DNA of 64,000 nt from Bacteroidales bacterium (GTDB lineage Bacteria > Bacteroidota > Bacteroidia > Bacteroidales > UBA7960), in NCBI GenBank assembly GCA_041687035.1, contig JAWLCS010000007.1, positions 3,793 to 67,792 of the forward strand, read 5' to 3'. The notes under the pieces were generated by a model. That model searched no databases. It saw only the letters and a program-made list of their open reading frames with translations, and was not told the origin of the DNA. Both the position numbers and the translations under genes were made by a program. This document shows positions 9,580-20,543 of this stretch, in pieces (position 1 is the stretch's first letter; each line of letters opens with the position of its first letter).

Positions 9580-12084
9580 CTACATATCAAAGTCATCAAA
9601 GTCCTGCGAGCCATTATCCATTTGCTCGCGCGAACGCTGATTTCTGCGGTTGTTGTATTCATTAATCCGATAGGTAAATCCTACGAATACCATACGGCTG
9701 TTGCGTTTCCTTTCCATGTCAATGGTAAAGTTGTCGCCGTAGTTATACATCCTGAATGATTGTGTGTTGAAAATATCGCTCACCCTGAGGTTAATGGTTC
9801 CTTTGCGGTCGAGCACGGTTTTGCGTAAGCCCATGTCGGCCGAAAACATCTCTTTCATTTCGCCCTGCAGCATTACCACCGGTGAGCGGTAAAAACCGTT
9901 CACCTGCAGATCCCATCCCCTACCAAGGGTAATGTTGTTTACAAACCTCGCCGACCAGGAATAGCTGTCATTGCGCATTTCCATCATGGCGTCGGTGCCC
10001 TCTATGATCTGGCGATAATAGCTGAATGTGCCATTGGCCCTCCACCAGGGAAACAGCTGCTGCGAAAGGATCAGCTCGGCCCCATAGGAAGTTCCGCGGT
10101 TAAGGTTTTCGAAGGTAGTATAAGCAATGCCACTCTCATCCATGGTGCGGAAGCGGGTAACCATGCCATCGGTATAGCGGTAGAAGATGCTTGGGTTAAT
10201 GGTGGTTTTTTGCCAGAAGCGGGTGTAGCCCAGTTCGAGCGAGTTGATAAACTCAGGCTTAAGATAGGGGTTTCCGAACGAGAGGTCGTAAGGATCGGTA
10301 TAGCTTACAAAGGGATTGAGAAAACGGTTGTTGGGCCTGTTGATGCGGCGGCTGTAACTCACCTGGGCCGACTGGTTGTTCTCGAAGCTGCGGCGCAGGT
10401 GCAGGGTGGGGAAAAGGTTCAGGTAATCGTCTTTAAATGTTTCGTTGGTGGTACGCTGATTGGCTTCCCTCATTGTCTGCTCCAGCCTGAAGCCCGCCTG
10501 CAGGCTGTATTTGCCCAACATGGTAGAAAAAATACCGTAGGCAGCATAAACCTGTTCGTTGTATACAAAATTGTTGCTCAAACCAGTGTTATTTATCCAT
10601 TGCTGATTATCCGCATCGAAGTTGAAGAAATTAAAATCAGAGCCCATTTCGCGCAGGTAGGCACGACCGCCAAGCTCAAGTTTGCGGTTTTCGCCCAGCG
10701 GCTGAATGTAATCCATCTGAACCGAGAACATCCAGTTGTCGCCGTCGGTGCGGGTGTTTTCGAGCAGATCGGGCCTGCTCAGGGGTGAGCGGGTGTTGTC
10801 GAAAAACCGCTGCACATTGTTTTCTGCCCCACTCATACCGCGGTTCGAAAACACAATGTCGGTATTGAACTCCCTGATCTTTTGCGAGAAGGTCCGGCGG
10901 TAGTTGAAATTGTAGTTCATGCCGCTGTTATCCATTTCATTGCCCGAAGTGCGGGTAAAAAAATTCATGAGCGACATTTGGTCATCCAGGTTGTTGTAGT
11001 CAGTAAAATTGTCGGACTGGCGCTGCCAGGTATTGTACATTACCGAAAAGGTAAGTGTATTGAACTGATTGATCTGGTAATCGGCACCCAAGCTGAAATT
11101 GTGGGAGTTCATTTCATTTTCAAACCTGGTATCCTGATCCAGGAAAGTGGTGTCGGCCAAAAAGCTTGTTCGGAAGTTATAGCCGCTTCCTTCCATATTG
11201 AACATGCGGCCGCTGTAATTGGCAAAGAAGTTTACATTGCCGGTTTTGTAGTTGAGGTTGAGCGAGCCGGTGTAGCGGTTGCCTGCACTGGCATTGAGCG
11301 AAACCATTCCGTTGTAACCGGGCTGGCGCTGCTTTTTCAGCACAATGTTAATAATGCCCGAAGTGCCGTCGGGCGAATAGCGTGCCGATGGGTTGGTAAT
11401 AACCTCAATGCGCTCGATCATATTGGAGGGAATCTGCTCCAGGGCTTCTGAGCCGCTGAGGCCGGTAAGTCCGCTGGGGCGTCCATCAACCAGGATAGTC
11501 ACGTTGGAACTTCCACGAAGGCTCACGTTGCCATCGAAATCGACCGCTACGCTAGGAATATTCTGCATCAGTTCCAGTGCCGTGCCGCCCGTGGCGGTAA
11601 GCTCGCTGTCAACATTTATTACCCTGCGGTCGAGGCCAACCTCCATTAACTGCCGCGTGGCTTCCACGGTTACCTCAGAAAGGTTGGCAACACCGGGTTC
11701 AACGCGTATCACACCCATTTCATATACGGGTTCACGGGGAGTAACAACGATTCCGTTTACCTCCTTGCGGGGATAACCAACGTAATTTACTGCCACAAAA
11801 TACCTGCCCGGGGGCACCTGCTCGATAACAAAAATGCCCTTTTCATTAGTAATGGCACCGGTTACCATAACCGAATCGCGCATGCTGTGCAGCACCACGC
11901 TGGCAAACATTAGCGGTTCGCTGTTGGAGTCGTCGAGTACCGTTCCCGTAACCACACCGGTGGCGGGCGGACGCTGAGCCGATTGTTCGGCAGGGCCAGA
12001 AGGCTGCTCGGCTTTCAGAATGAAAGAAAAGAAAAAGAAGGGGACTATTAGAAGGGTCTTCTTAAAGTGCAAAAAATTGAACAT
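9580..12084 (-). CDS. TonB-dependent receptor / outer-membrane beta-barrel family protein with an N-terminal carboxypeptidase-regulatory-like domain
   Basis: Signal peptide, then a CarboxypepD_reg-like segment (GTVLDDSNSEPLMFASVVL...GRYFVAVNYVGY), a plug region (IERIEVITNPSARYSPDG) and long alternating beta-strand sequence. Confidence 0.85.
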   Translation of the reverse strand: MFNFLHFKKTLLIVPFFFFSFILKAEQPSGPAEQSAQRPPATGVVTGTVLDDSNSEPLMFASVVLHSMRDSVMVTGAITNEKGIFVIEQVPPGRYFVAVNYVGYPRKEVNGIVVTPREPVYEMGVIRVEPGVANLSEVTVEATRQLMEVGLDRRVINVDSELTATGGTALELMQNIPSVAVDFDGNVSLRGSSNVTILVDGRPSGLTGLSGSEALEQIPSNMIERIEVITNPSARYSPDGTSGIINIVLKKQRQPGYNGMVSLNASAGNRYTGSLNLNYKTGNVNFFANYSGRMFNMEGSGYNFRTSFLADTTFLDQDTRFENEMNSHNFSLGADYQINQFNTLTFSVMYNTWQRQSDNFTDYNNLDDQMSLMNFFTRTSGNEMDNSGMNYNFNYRRTFSQKIREFNTDIVFSNRGMSGAENNVQRFFDNTRSPLSRPDLLENTRTDGDNWMFSVQMDYIQPLGENRKLELGGRAYLREMGSDFNFFNFDADNQQWINNTGLSNNFVYNEQVYAAYGIFSTMLGKYSLQAGFRLEQTMREANQRTTNETFKDDYLNLFPTLHLRRSFENNQSAQVSYSRRINRPNNRFLNPFVSYTDPYDLSFGNPYLKPEFINSLELGYTRFWQKTTINPSIFYRYTDGMVTRFRTMDESGIAYTTFENLNRGTSYGAELILSQQLFPWWRANGTFSYYRQIIEGTDAMMEMRNDSYSWSARFVNNITLGRGWDLQVNGFYRSPVVMLQGEMKEMFSADMGLRKTVLDRKGTINLRVSDIFNTQSFRMYNYGDNFTIDMERKRNSRMVFVGFTYRINEYNNRRNQRSREQMDNGSQDFDDFDM

Positions 12085-12252
12085 ATAACATTAGTTTTTA
12101 GAGAATTAGACCAGTTGGTTATGACCACCGAAAGTTTGTTTAACTTTTTTAAGTCGGCAGTTGGACAATAAAGGTTCAGGAAGGTTTAATTGTTCAAATT
12201 TTTTAACAAAAAAACCACCAGTAAGTCTGAATGCTGATTGCCTTGTTTCTGT

Positions 12253-12260
12253 TATCTTTG
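12253..12260 (+). promoter_or_regulatory. Bacteroidota-type -7 box (TATCTTTG)
   Basis: Exact TAnnTTTG match 27 nt upstream of the parE ATG at 12287. Confidence 0.45.
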
Positions 12261-12286
12261 CAGATTGATAAGCGCAGAAGCAAGTT

Positions 12287-14131
12287 ATGATTACCGAAAA
12301 ATATTCAGAAGACTCCATACGCACCCTCGACTGGAAAGAACACATTCGCCTGAGGCCAGGCATGTACATTGGCAAGCTGGGCGATGGTGCCTCACAGGAC
12401 GATGGCGTTTACGTATTGCTCAAGGAAGTGATCGACAACTCCATTGATGAATACATCATGGGTTTTGGCAAAACCATTGAGATCACCATTGACGAAAAGC
12501 AAATTACGGTGCGCGACTATGGCCGGGGTGTTCCTCTTGGCAAGGTGGTCGATGTGGTTTCAAAAATCAACACCGGAGCAAAGTACGACAGCAAGGTTTT
12601 TAAAAAGACCGTTGGCCTGAACGGCGTGGGTACCAAGGCGGTAAACGCCCTTTCGAGTTTCTTCAAAATTGAATCGATACGCGAAGGACGCAGCAAGGCC
12701 GCCGAATTTGAAATGGGACAGCTGGTTAAAGATGGCAAAGAAACCGACACTACAGGCCGCGGCGGCACCATCATTAGTTTTGTTCCCGATGAGGTTATTT
12801 TTGGCAAGTACCGCTACATCGACGAGTACATTGAAAGACTGCTGTGGAATTACGTCTATCTGAACCGCGGACTCACCATTATTTTTAACGGTCGCAAGTA
12901 CCAGTCGCAGAATGGCTTGCACGACCTGCTTACCCACAACATCGACAGCCCCATTTGCTATCCCATTGTTCACCTTCACGAGGACGACCTGGAGTTTGCC
13001 TTTACGCATAGCACCAGCCAATACAGCGAAGAATACTATTCCTTTGTCAACGGGCAGCATACAACCCAAGGCGGTACCCACCAAGCCGCTTTCCGGGAAT
13101 CGCTGAACAAAACCATTCGCGAGTTTTATAAAAAAGATTTTGATGCCAACGACATCAAGACCTCTCTTATAGTTGCCCTCAGCATAAAAGTGCAGGAGCC
13201 GGTTTTTGAATCGCAGACCAAAACCAAGCTTGGATCGCAATACATTGAGCCCGGCGGACAGTCTATACGCAACTACATTAGCGACATTCTGAAGCGCAGG
13301 CTGGACAATTTCCTGCACATGAACCCCGAAACATCCGAGGCCTTGTTGCGCAAAATCATGCAATCGGAGCGCGAGCGTAAGGACATGGCCAACATTAAAA
13401 AGCTGGCCAAAGAAAGGGTAAAGAAAGCCAACCTGCATAACAAGAAGCTTCGCGACTGCCGCATACACTACAGCGACAACCACCCCCAGCGGCTCGAAAG
13501 CACCCTTTTTATCACCGAGGGCGACTCGGCCAGTGGCTCCATAACCAAAGCCCGCGATGTGAACACCCAGGCGGTGTTCAGCTTAAAGGGAAAGCCCCTG
13601 AACTCATACGGACTCACCAAAAAGATTGTTTACGAGAATGAGGAGTTTAACCTGCTGCAGGCGGCCCTCAACATTGAAGACAGCCTCGAAGACCTGCGCT
13701 ACAACAATATTGTAATTGCCACCGATGCCGACGTGGATGGTATGCACATTCGCTTGCTGCTGCTCACCTTCTTTTTACAGTTTTTCCCTGACCTTGTGCG
13801 CAACGGACACGTGTACATTTTGCAAACGCCCCTTTTCAGGGTGCGCAACAAGCAAAAAACCTTCTACTGCTATTCTGAACAAGAAAGAGTGGCCGCCATG
13901 GCCGAGCTGGGGGCAAAACCCGAAATCACCCGTTTCAAGGGTCTTGGCGAAATATCGCCCGACGAGTTTATTAACTTTATTGGGAAAAGCATTCGCCTCG
14001 ATCCTGTCATCCTGAAGAAGGAAATGGGTATTGCCGAAATGCTGTCGTTTTATATGGGCAAAAACACCCCCGAACGCCAGACCTTCATTATCGACAACCT
14101 GCGGGTAGAGCTGGATGCTGTAGAAAGCTGA
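12287..14131 (+). CDS. parE: DNA topoisomerase IV subunit B (type IIA topoisomerase ATPase subunit)
   Basis: GHKL N-box [15 protein letters not shown], and TOPRIM motifs [10 protein letters not shown] and [11 protein letters not shown]. The 614-aa length fits the short Bacteroidota ParE rather than GyrB. Confidence 0.85.
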   Translation: MITEKYSEDSIRTLDWKEHIRLRPGMYIGKLGDGASQDDGVYVLLKEVIDNSIDEYIMGFGKTIEITIDEKQITVRDYGRGVPLGKVVDVVSKINTGAKYDSKVFKKTVGLNGVGTKAVNALSSFFKIESIREGRSKAAEFEMGQLVKDGKETDTTGRGGTIISFVPDEVIFGKYRYIDEYIERLLWNYVYLNRGLTIIFNGRKYQSQNGLHDLLTHNIDSPICYPIVHLHEDDLEFAFTHSTSQYSEEYYSFVNGQHTTQGGTHQAAFRESLNKTIREFYKKDFDANDIKTSLIVALSIKVQEPVFESQTKTKLGSQYIEPGGQSIRNYISDILKRRLDNFLHMNPETSEALLRKIMQSERERKDMANIKKLAKERVKKANLHNKKLRDCRIHYSDNHPQRLESTLFITEGDSASGSITKARDVNTQAVFSLKGKPLNSYGLTKKIVYENEEFNLLQAALNIEDSLEDLRYNNIVIATDADVDGMHIRLLLLTFFLQFFPDLVRNGHVYILQTPLFRVRNKQKTFYCYSEQERVAAMAELGAKPEITRFKGLGEISPDEFINFIGKSIRLDPVILKKEMGIAEMLSFYMGKNTPERQTFIIDNLRVELDAVES

Positions 14132-14153
14132 TAAACCGGCGCCCTTTTACCTC

Positions 14154-14681
14154 ATGGAAATCAAGCTTAAGAAAGCTGCTACCATCACTGAGCTGGAGCA
14201 AATCAGGGAACTGTATTTAACGGCTTTCCCTGCAAACGAACGCAGATCATTCGAAGGGCTTCAACAACAATTATTAAGGGAGAAAGCCTGCAGCATTCTC
14301 CTGATCACTGACCTACAAAACATCCTTGGTTTTTGCACCTTCTGGGAGTTTGAAACCTTTGCATTTATTGAGCACCTGGCCATTCACCCTGAAATGCGCG
14401 GCAAGAAAATCGGGGAAACTGTTTTATCACTGCTTATGGATGGGCGTAAAACCCCACTCATACTCGAAACCGAGCCTCCGACCAACCATATCAGCAGCCG
14501 CAGAATTGCCTTTTATCAGCGCAACGGATTTCACTTGCTCCAACAGCATTATATACAGCCATCATACGATGGGATTACCCCTGGGCCAAAATTGAGATTA
14601 ATGAGTTCTCATCCGAATCTCAGCCTCGAAGAATTGCAGCTATTCATCGAGATTATCAAGAAAAATGTGTATCGCCAGTGA
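14154..14681 (+). CDS. GNAT family N-acetyltransferase
   Basis: 175 aa with the acetyl-CoA-binding region LAIHPEMRGKKIGE and C-terminal FYQRNGF. Confidence 0.75.
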   Translation: MEIKLKKAATITELEQIRELYLTAFPANERRSFEGLQQQLLREKACSILLITDLQNILGFCTFWEFETFAFIEHLAIHPEMRGKKIGETVLSLLMDGRKTPLILETEPPTNHISSRRIAFYQRNGFHLLQQHYIQPSYDGITPGPKLRLMSSHPNLSLEELQLFIEIIKKNVYRQ

Positions 14682-14723
14682 TGTGATTCTTCCGGCCAAA
14701 AAAGATTAAAAAACACCTTTGGA

Positions 14724-15518
14724 TTAAATCGGTTCGAATTTATCCCAGTCGGCCCAGGGCCTGAAGCTGTCGCGGAAGCTGTCGAGCTGGCAGCGCGGCA
14801 TGATCACCGTTTCGGCCTCTTCCTGATTTGGCATGAGGTTGCTAAGGTTTTCACCCAGCGGGCTTATCACGGCCGAGTCGCCCGAGTAGGTAATTTCATT
14901 CTCATCCACTCCCAGGCGGTTCACGCCAATGACATAAGCCTGATTTTCGATGGCACGTGCCATGAGCATTATGCGCCAGGCATGGCTGCGGGTGGCGGGC
15001 CAATTGGCCACATACAGCAGCACATCATAGTCAAAGCCTTCGCTTTCGCGGAAACGGTTGCGGCTAAATACCGGGAATCGCAAGTCGTAGCAAATCAGCG
15101 GCATAATCTTCCAGCCCTTGAGCTCAACGATCAGTTTTTTGGTGCCGGCGGTATAGTCCTTATTTTCGCCGGCATAGGTGAACAGATGTTTTTTATCATA
15201 TTGCTCAAAGGAGCCGTCGGGCCTGACCCAGAAAAACCGGTTGTAAAAACGCCCGTTTTCTTCCACAGCCACGCTGCCGCAAATAACACATCCGCGCGTT
15301 GCAGCCGTTTGCTGCATCCACTGCAGGGCTGGACCACCCATGGGCTCACAAGCTGCCATGGCATTCATGGAAAAACCCGTGGTAAACATTTCGGGCAGCA
15401 CAACAAGGTCGGGGTCACCCTCCAATCCTGCAATCTTTTCGGAAAACATTTCGAGATTGCGGGCGGAGTCCTCCCAGTAAAGGGTCGTTTGAACTATGGA
15501 AACGCTTAAATTTTGCAT
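14724..15518 (-). CDS. yafV: carbon-nitrogen hydrolase family omega-amidase (YafV-like)
   Basis: Glu-Lys-Cys triad contexts are present: VLPEMF, DKKHLF and LICYDLRFP. Confidence 0.8.
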   Translation of the reverse strand: MQNLSVSIVQTTLYWEDSARNLEMFSEKIAGLEGDPDLVVLPEMFTTGFSMNAMAACEPMGGPALQWMQQTAATRGCVICGSVAVEENGRFYNRFFWVRPDGSFEQYDKKHLFTYAGENKDYTAGTKKLIVELKGWKIMPLICYDLRFPVFSRNRFRESEGFDYDVLLYVANWPATRSHAWRIMLMARAIENQAYVIGVNRLGVDENEITYSGDSAVISPLGENLSNLMPNQEEAETVIMPRCQLDSFRDSFRPWADWDKFEPI

Positions 15519-16663
15519 AATATCCCGGCAGCTTTTTCGAGGGTTTCATCTGATTTGGCAAAGCAGAAACGCAGCATGCTGTTATTGGCGGTTTTGCTGT
15601 AAAACGAGGAAGTGGGCACCCCGGCCACTTTGTATTCACGAGTGAGGCGCTGGGCAAAGGCCATCTCTTCCTCTTCGGAAATCTTGCTGTAGTTAAGCAA
15701 CTGAAAATATGTGCCGGAAGCCGGAATCCATTCAAATCGCGAACCTTTTAATGCGTTGATGAAGAAATCGCGCTTCTGCTGGTAAAACGCTTCCAAGCCC
15801 TGATAATTCGCCTGATCTTCAATAAAATCTGCCAGGGCATGCTGCACGGGGGTGTTTGAACAGAATACGATAAACTGGTGCGATTTGCGAAACTCCTTCA
15901 TAAGATTTTCGGGAGCCACACAGTAACCGGTTTTCCAACCGGTGGCATGAAAGGTCTTTCCAAAAGAACAAGTTACCAGGCTGCGCTCGGCCAAACCGGG
16001 ATAGCTGCATACACTTTCGTGCTTTTTCCCATCGAAAATGATGTGCTCATACACTTCGTCGCTAAGGATGATAATGCCGGTGTTGCGGGTAAGCTTTTCG
16101 AGCTCGGCCATGTCAGAAGCGCTCAAAATACTACCACTGGGGTTGTGCGGACTGTTGATAATGATCATCTTGGTGCGGGAGCTCACCTGTTTTTTCACCT
16201 CATCCCAGATAATGCTGTAGTCGGGTAGCTTTAGTTGCGACACAATTGGCACCCCCCCATTAAGCTTGATGGCTGGCACGTAGCTGTCATAGGCAGGCTC
16301 GAAAACGATTACCTCGTCTTCTTCGCGAACAAATGCGCTGATAGCCGTAAATATGGCCTGGGTGGCACCGGCAGTGACCGTAATTTCGGTGTCAGGATGG
16401 TACTGTGCACCATAAAGAGCCTGGGTTTTTTCGGCAATACGTTCGCGCAACAAAGGCAAACCTGGCATGGGTGCATACTGGTTGTGGCCCTTGCGCATAT
16501 GCAAAGTTACAAGTTCAATAAGTTTCTCCGAAACGGGAAAATCGGGGAATCCCTGCGAGAGATTTATGGCATCGTGCTCTCGGGCAAGCTGCGTCATAAC
16601 GGCAAAAACAGAAGTGCCTGTTTGTGGCAGTTTCGAGATAACGGCCTCGGGAAAAAGGTTCAT
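15506..16663 (-). CDS. ybdL: class I/II aminotransferase, methionine/glutamine aminotransferase (YbdL-like)
   Basis: INLSQGFPDFP, SPHNPSG, and the PLP-lysine context SFGKTFHATGWKTGY. Its 3' end overlaps the amidase start by 13 nt. Confidence 0.8.
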   Translation of the reverse strand: MNLFPEAVISKLPQTGTSVFAVMTQLAREHDAINLSQGFPDFPVSEKLIELVTLHMRKGHNQYAPMPGLPLLRERIAEKTQALYGAQYHPDTEITVTAGATQAIFTAISAFVREEDEVIVFEPAYDSYVPAIKLNGGVPIVSQLKLPDYSIIWDEVKKQVSSRTKMIIINSPHNPSGSILSASDMAELEKLTRNTGIIILSDEVYEHIIFDGKKHESVCSYPGLAERSLVTCSFGKTFHATGWKTGYCVAPENLMKEFRKSHQFIVFCSNTPVQHALADFIEDQANYQGLEAFYQQKRDFFINALKGSRFEWIPASGTYFQLLNYSKISEEEEMAFAQRLTREYKVAGVPTSSFYSKTANNSMLRFCFAKSDETLEKAAGILCKI

Positions 16664-16838
16664 AAGCCATCAATTTATTAAACAAAATCCGCTAAGAATC
16701 ATTAATTTTATGCTTCTTTTTGCACGGATCAGGCGCCACAAATTTAAAAGAAATAATTTAACAGCAGGACCAAATTTTGTTTTACCCTGCTATAACAATC
16801 ATAAAAATTAGCATACAAACATCTTAAATCGACTGAAC

Positions 16839-18029
16839 ATGAAGACCATTGACACAATAAACTTTAAGGGCAGGCGCGCCATAATGCGCGTAGATTTCAA
16901 TGTACCGCTCAACAGCGACTTTCAGATAACCGACGATTCACGCATGCGGGCTGCCGTGCCAAGTATTAAAAAGATACTCGACGATGGTGGCTCTGTGATC
17001 GTGATGTCGCACCTGGGCCGTCCCAAAGAAGGACCCGAAGACAAGTTCTCGCTTCGCCACATTCGCGAACACCTGGCCAAGCTGCTGGATGTTGAGGTTA
17101 AATTTGCCGAAGACTGCATTGGCGATCTGACGCATCAGAAAGCCATGAACCTCAGGCCGGGTCAAGTGCTATTACTCGAAAACCTCCGTTTTTACAAGGA
17201 AGAAACCAAAGGCAATGAGGAGTTTGCAGGCAAACTGGCACAACTGGCCGATGTGTATGTGAACGATGCTTTCGGCACCGCCCACCGCGCCCACGCCTCC
17301 ACCACCATTATTGCCAAGTTCTTTCCCAACGACAAGGTTTTTGGCTTCCTGATGGCCCGCGAACTCTCGAGCATAGACAAAGTGCTCAAGGATGTACAGC
17401 GGCCCTACACTGCCATTATTGGCGGTGCCAAGGTGAGTTCAAAGATTGAGATCCTTGAAAACCTCCTGGACAAGGTGGACGACCTGATTATTGGCGGAGG
17501 CATGATGTTTACCTTTATTAAGGCCAATGGTGGCCAAATCGGCGGAAGCCTGGTAGAAGAAGATTTCATTGAAAAAGCCAAAGAAATCATGGCCAAGGCC
17601 GAGAAAAAAGGAGTGAAGCTGCATATCCCCACCGACGCCATTATTGCTGATGCTTTTTCGAACGATGCCAGTTTTAAAGAAAGCGCGGCCGATGCCATTC
17701 CCGAAGGCTGGTTGGGTCTCGACATTGGACCAGAGAGCATGAAGGCTTTTTCCGACACCATAAAAAAGTCGAAAACAGTACTTTGGAATGGACCCATGGG
17801 GGTTTTTGAAATGGAAAACTTTGCCAAAGGAACCAAGGTAGTAGCCGAAGCATTGGTTGAAGCTACCAGCAATGGTGCCTTCACCCTGATTGGCGGTGGC
17901 GACTCTGTTGCTGCCATCAACCAGCTCGGACTGGCCAACCAGGTAAGCTATGTAAGTACTGGCGGTGGCGCACTGCTTGAGTATATGGAAGGAAAAATTC
18001 TGCCCGGTGTGCAGGCAATAAACGAATAA
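16839..18029 (+). CDS. pgk: phosphoglycerate kinase
   Basis: [17 protein letters not shown], and C-terminal [14 protein letters not shown]. Confidence 0.95.
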   Translation: MKTIDTINFKGRRAIMRVDFNVPLNSDFQITDDSRMRAAVPSIKKILDDGGSVIVMSHLGRPKEGPEDKFSLRHIREHLAKLLDVEVKFAEDCIGDLTHQKAMNLRPGQVLLLENLRFYKEETKGNEEFAGKLAQLADVYVNDAFGTAHRAHASTTIIAKFFPNDKVFGFLMARELSSIDKVLKDVQRPYTAIIGGAKVSSKIEILENLLDKVDDLIIGGGMMFTFIKANGGQIGGSLVEEDFIEKAKEIMAKAEKKGVKLHIPTDAIIADAFSNDASFKESAADAIPEGWLGLDIGPESMKAFSDTIKKSKTVLWNGPMGVFEMENFAKGTKVVAEALVEATSNGAFTLIGGGDSVAAINQLGLANQVSYVSTGGGALLEYMEGKILPGVQAINE

Positions 18030-18048
18030 AAAGGGCACACCTAACCAC

Positions 18049-18079
18049 AAAAAAACCGGAATAAACTCCGGTTTTTTTT
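18049..18079. terminator. bidirectional rho-independent terminator
   Basis: aaaaaaaccgga-ataaac-tccggttttttt lies between convergent pgk and the histidine kinase gene. It overlaps the kinase stop codon. Confidence 0.75.
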
Positions 18080-20423
18080 ATTGGGTCATACGGTTAATTA
18101 TCTCAATAAGTTTTCGTTCGTCGATGGGCTTCGACACGTAGTCGTCCATGCCGGCTTCAAGAAAGCGCTCGCGGTCGCCCGGAATAGCGTACCCGGTAAT
18201 GGCGATAATGGGCACATGCTTGCCGGAGGTTTTTTCCATTTCGCGAATGCGACGGGTTGTTTCAAAGCCATCCATCTTGGGCATCTGCCCATCCATAAGC
18301 ACCAGGTCGTAAACCCTTCCCGAGAACTTCTCAATGGCAACCATTCCATTTGCAGCGGTATCGACCTTCCAGCCTTGCGAGCGCAAAAAACCAGCGAGAT
18401 ACAGCTGGTTAATGGCGTCGTCTTCTGCAACAAGTATGTTCAATTCTTTCATCTCAATCTCCGCTTCATTAGCCTTTAAAGATGCTTTTTCACCGACCGT
18501 TTTCTGATCGCCGGCAACTACGAGGGGGATTTCGAATGAAACTTTGCTGCCTTTGCCATATTCACTGTCAAATTCCACTTTTCCATTCATCATTTCCACC
18601 AAACTTTTTACAATATTGAGCCCAAGCCCGGTGCCCTGATATTCTTTTCTGGCAGAAATATCTAACTGACGAAACGACTCGAACAGACGGGGAATGTCAT
18701 CTTTTTTCACCCCAATACCAGTATCTTTAACGTAAAACAGCAGATGAATGTTCTCTTGCTGCATCGATTTTTTCGAAACGCCTATCTCTATTTTTCCGTC
18801 ATTTGTAAACTTCAGGGCATTGCTAAGCAAATTGCTGAGTACTTGGGAAATTTTCTTTTCATCGCCATGTAACCACTCCGGAACGGCCGGGTCAAAGATC
18901 ATTTCAAGTTTGAGGCCCTTGGCATTTGCCTGGGGCTCAAAAACCGAGAGTGTCTCGGTCATAGCCTTCCTAAGATTAAAGTCGGCATAGGTAAGGTCAA
19001 TCTTATTGGCTTCAATCTTTGAAAAGTCAAGAATATCGTTGAGAATGTGCAGCAGGTTGCCGGAAGAAATCAGGATAGAATTAATAAAACTCTGCTGGTC
19101 GGAGTCCAAGGGTGTTTTTGCCAAGGTTTTGGTCATTCCAATAATAGCATTGAGAGGGTTTCGGATTTCGTGGCTCATATTGGCCAAAAACTCCGATTTG
19201 GCTTTATTGGCCCTTTCGGCAACCTCCTTTGCTTTCAGCAGTTCTTCCTTTTCCTTGCGAACCGTTATGTCGCGGCTCACACAAACAATTTCCTCCACCA
19301 GGTTGGTTTTCGAATTAAATATAACCTGGTTGGTGGTTTCAAACCAAATGTAGGTTCCATCCTTGCGGCGAATACGATAGCTTTCAATAAAGTTACTGTG
19401 CTGATTTTCGAGCAGGCCGATATGATTGCGCCTCACCCCATCAATATCATCGGGGTGGATGAACAAGTAGGCAGAATTTCCGACCAAATCATCAGCCTCG
19501 TAACCCAGCAGCCTTTTTGAAGCGGGCGAAACATAAACATACGAACCATCCCAGCTATGCTTTGAGATCATGTCGCTGGAGTTCTCGGCCAGAATACGGT
19601 AGCGCTCCTCGCTAATGCGAAGGTTTTCTTCGGCCAACTTGCGCTCGCTAATGCTTCGAATGGTGCCAACAATCATGGTGGCCTCGCCATCGTGATCGTA
19701 TATGTACTTGCAGGTGATAGAGCAGGGCACCTTCTGTTTGTTCTTACGACTGAGCACCAACTCGAAATCAGACATATAGCCTTTTTCGTTCAGATGCTCA
19801 AAAAACACCTCCTGTTTGTTTTTGTCTTCAAACAGGGGTTTCCCTAGAAGGTCATCCTTTTTGTAAAGAAAAATCTGCTCGATAGATGGAGACAGTTCAA
19901 GCACAATGCCTTCGAGCGTTAGTTCGAAATATACATCCTGGATATTTTCAAAGATGCTCCGATATTTTTCTTCACTCTGGCGCAGGGCGTATTGCGATTC
20001 GGTAAGTTGTTTCTGAATGCTGAGGCGACTAACCACCTGGTGAATAACGGTTGGTAAAAGATCAATAAAGCTATTGTCTTTAACCATATAGTCAAGGGCG
20101 CCCAGCTTCATCATTTCAACCGCAGTGCGCTCATCGCCATGGCCTGTAATGATAACAAAAGGCAGGTTAATGTTTTCGCGCTGCAGTCGCCTTATAAACT
20201 CCTCGCCCAATACATCCGACAACTGATAGTCGAGCAGCACCAGGGTGTCGGTCCCCGGGTGGTCTTTAATCCAGTCGTAAGTATCGGCACCCGACTGAAA
20301 ACCTTGGCAAACGTACCCTTCGCGCTCCAGCGTTTTGCGGATCAGATAATTGAGCGAAAGGTCATCCTCCACTATGGTGATAACAAACTGTTGGTTGCTG
20401 GCCTCTTCAGAGAACTGATCCAT
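18078..20423 (-). CDS. hybrid sensor histidine kinase: REC-PAS-PAS-HisKA-HATPase-REC
   Basis: - N-terminal receiver (VLLDYQLSD...ITGHGDE...DYMVK).
- Two PAS-like segments (SEEKYRSIFEN..., SEERYRILAEN...).
- H-box ANMSHEIRNPLN.
- N and G boxes (LSNALKFT, DTGIGV, GTGLGL).
- C-terminal receiver (ILVAEDD...LVLMDGQMPKMDG). Confidence 0.9.
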   Translation of the reverse strand: MDQFSEEASNQQFVITIVEDDLSLNYLIRKTLEREGYVCQGFQSGADTYDWIKDHPGTDTLVLLDYQLSDVLGEEFIRRLQRENINLPFVIITGHGDERTAVEMMKLGALDYMVKDNSFIDLLPTVIHQVVSRLSIQKQLTESQYALRQSEEKYRSIFENIQDVYFELTLEGIVLELSPSIEQIFLYKKDDLLGKPLFEDKNKQEVFFEHLNEKGYMSDFELVLSRKNKQKVPCSITCKYIYDHDGEATMIVGTIRSISERKLAEENLRISEERYRILAENSSDMISKHSWDGSYVYVSPASKRLLGYEADDLVGNSAYLFIHPDDIDGVRRNHIGLLENQHSNFIESYRIRRKDGTYIWFETTNQVIFNSKTNLVEEIVCVSRDITVRKEKEELLKAKEVAERANKAKSEFLANMSHEIRNPLNAIIGMTKTLAKTPLDSDQQSFINSILISSGNLLHILNDILDFSKIEANKIDLTYADFNLRKAMTETLSVFEPQANAKGLKLEMIFDPAVPEWLHGDEKKISQVLSNLLSNALKFTNDGKIEIGVSKKSMQQENIHLLFYVKDTGIGVKKDDIPRLFESFRQLDISARKEYQGTGLGLNIVKSLVEMMNGKVEFDSEYGKGSKVSFEIPLVVAGDQKTVGEKASLKANEAEIEMKELNILVAEDDAINQLYLAGFLRSQGWKVDTAANGMVAIEKFSGRVYDLVLMDGQMPKMDGFETTRRIREMEKTSGKHVPIIAITGYAIPGDRERFLEAGMDDYVSKPIDERKLIEIINRMTQ

Positions 20424-20454
20424 TGATGGTATTTAGGTCTGCTTTTAAGAAAAA

Positions 20455-20462
20455 CAAATTTA
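20455..20462 (-). promoter_or_regulatory. Bacteroidota-type -7 box (TAAATTTG on the minus strand)
   Basis: Exact TAnnTTTG match 32 nt upstream of the kinase ATG at 20423, within the 120-nt gap after the cyclase gene. Confidence 0.4.
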
Positions 20463-20543
20463 CAATATTCTGCAATTTAAACAACAGGCCGGGAATAAAG
20501 GTCAGGCAGACTTTTGCAGTTAGCAAGCTTTGCAGGCACATTT

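Noticed and set aside
9583-9672. A ~30-residue charged C-terminal tail (NEYNNRRNQRSREQMDNGSQDFDDFDM) after the last barrel strand of the TonB-dependent receptor.
   Set aside because: It is unusual for classical receptors that end in an aromatic residue. However, I recall similar basic/acidic tails being common in this barrel subfamily, and I cannot show it is exceptional without an alignment.
12560-13483. A 307-codon open frame antisense to parE.
   Set aside because: The plus-strand frame carries unmistakable GHKL and TOPRIM motifs. The antisense product is low-complexity (Val/Ala/Gly/Leu-rich) with no motif, start context or promoter box.
14731-14739. A GGTTCGAAT T-loop-like motif that could mark a tRNA.
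   Set aside because: It lies inside the 3' end of the omega-amidase CDS, and the flanks do not fold into acceptor or anticodon arms.
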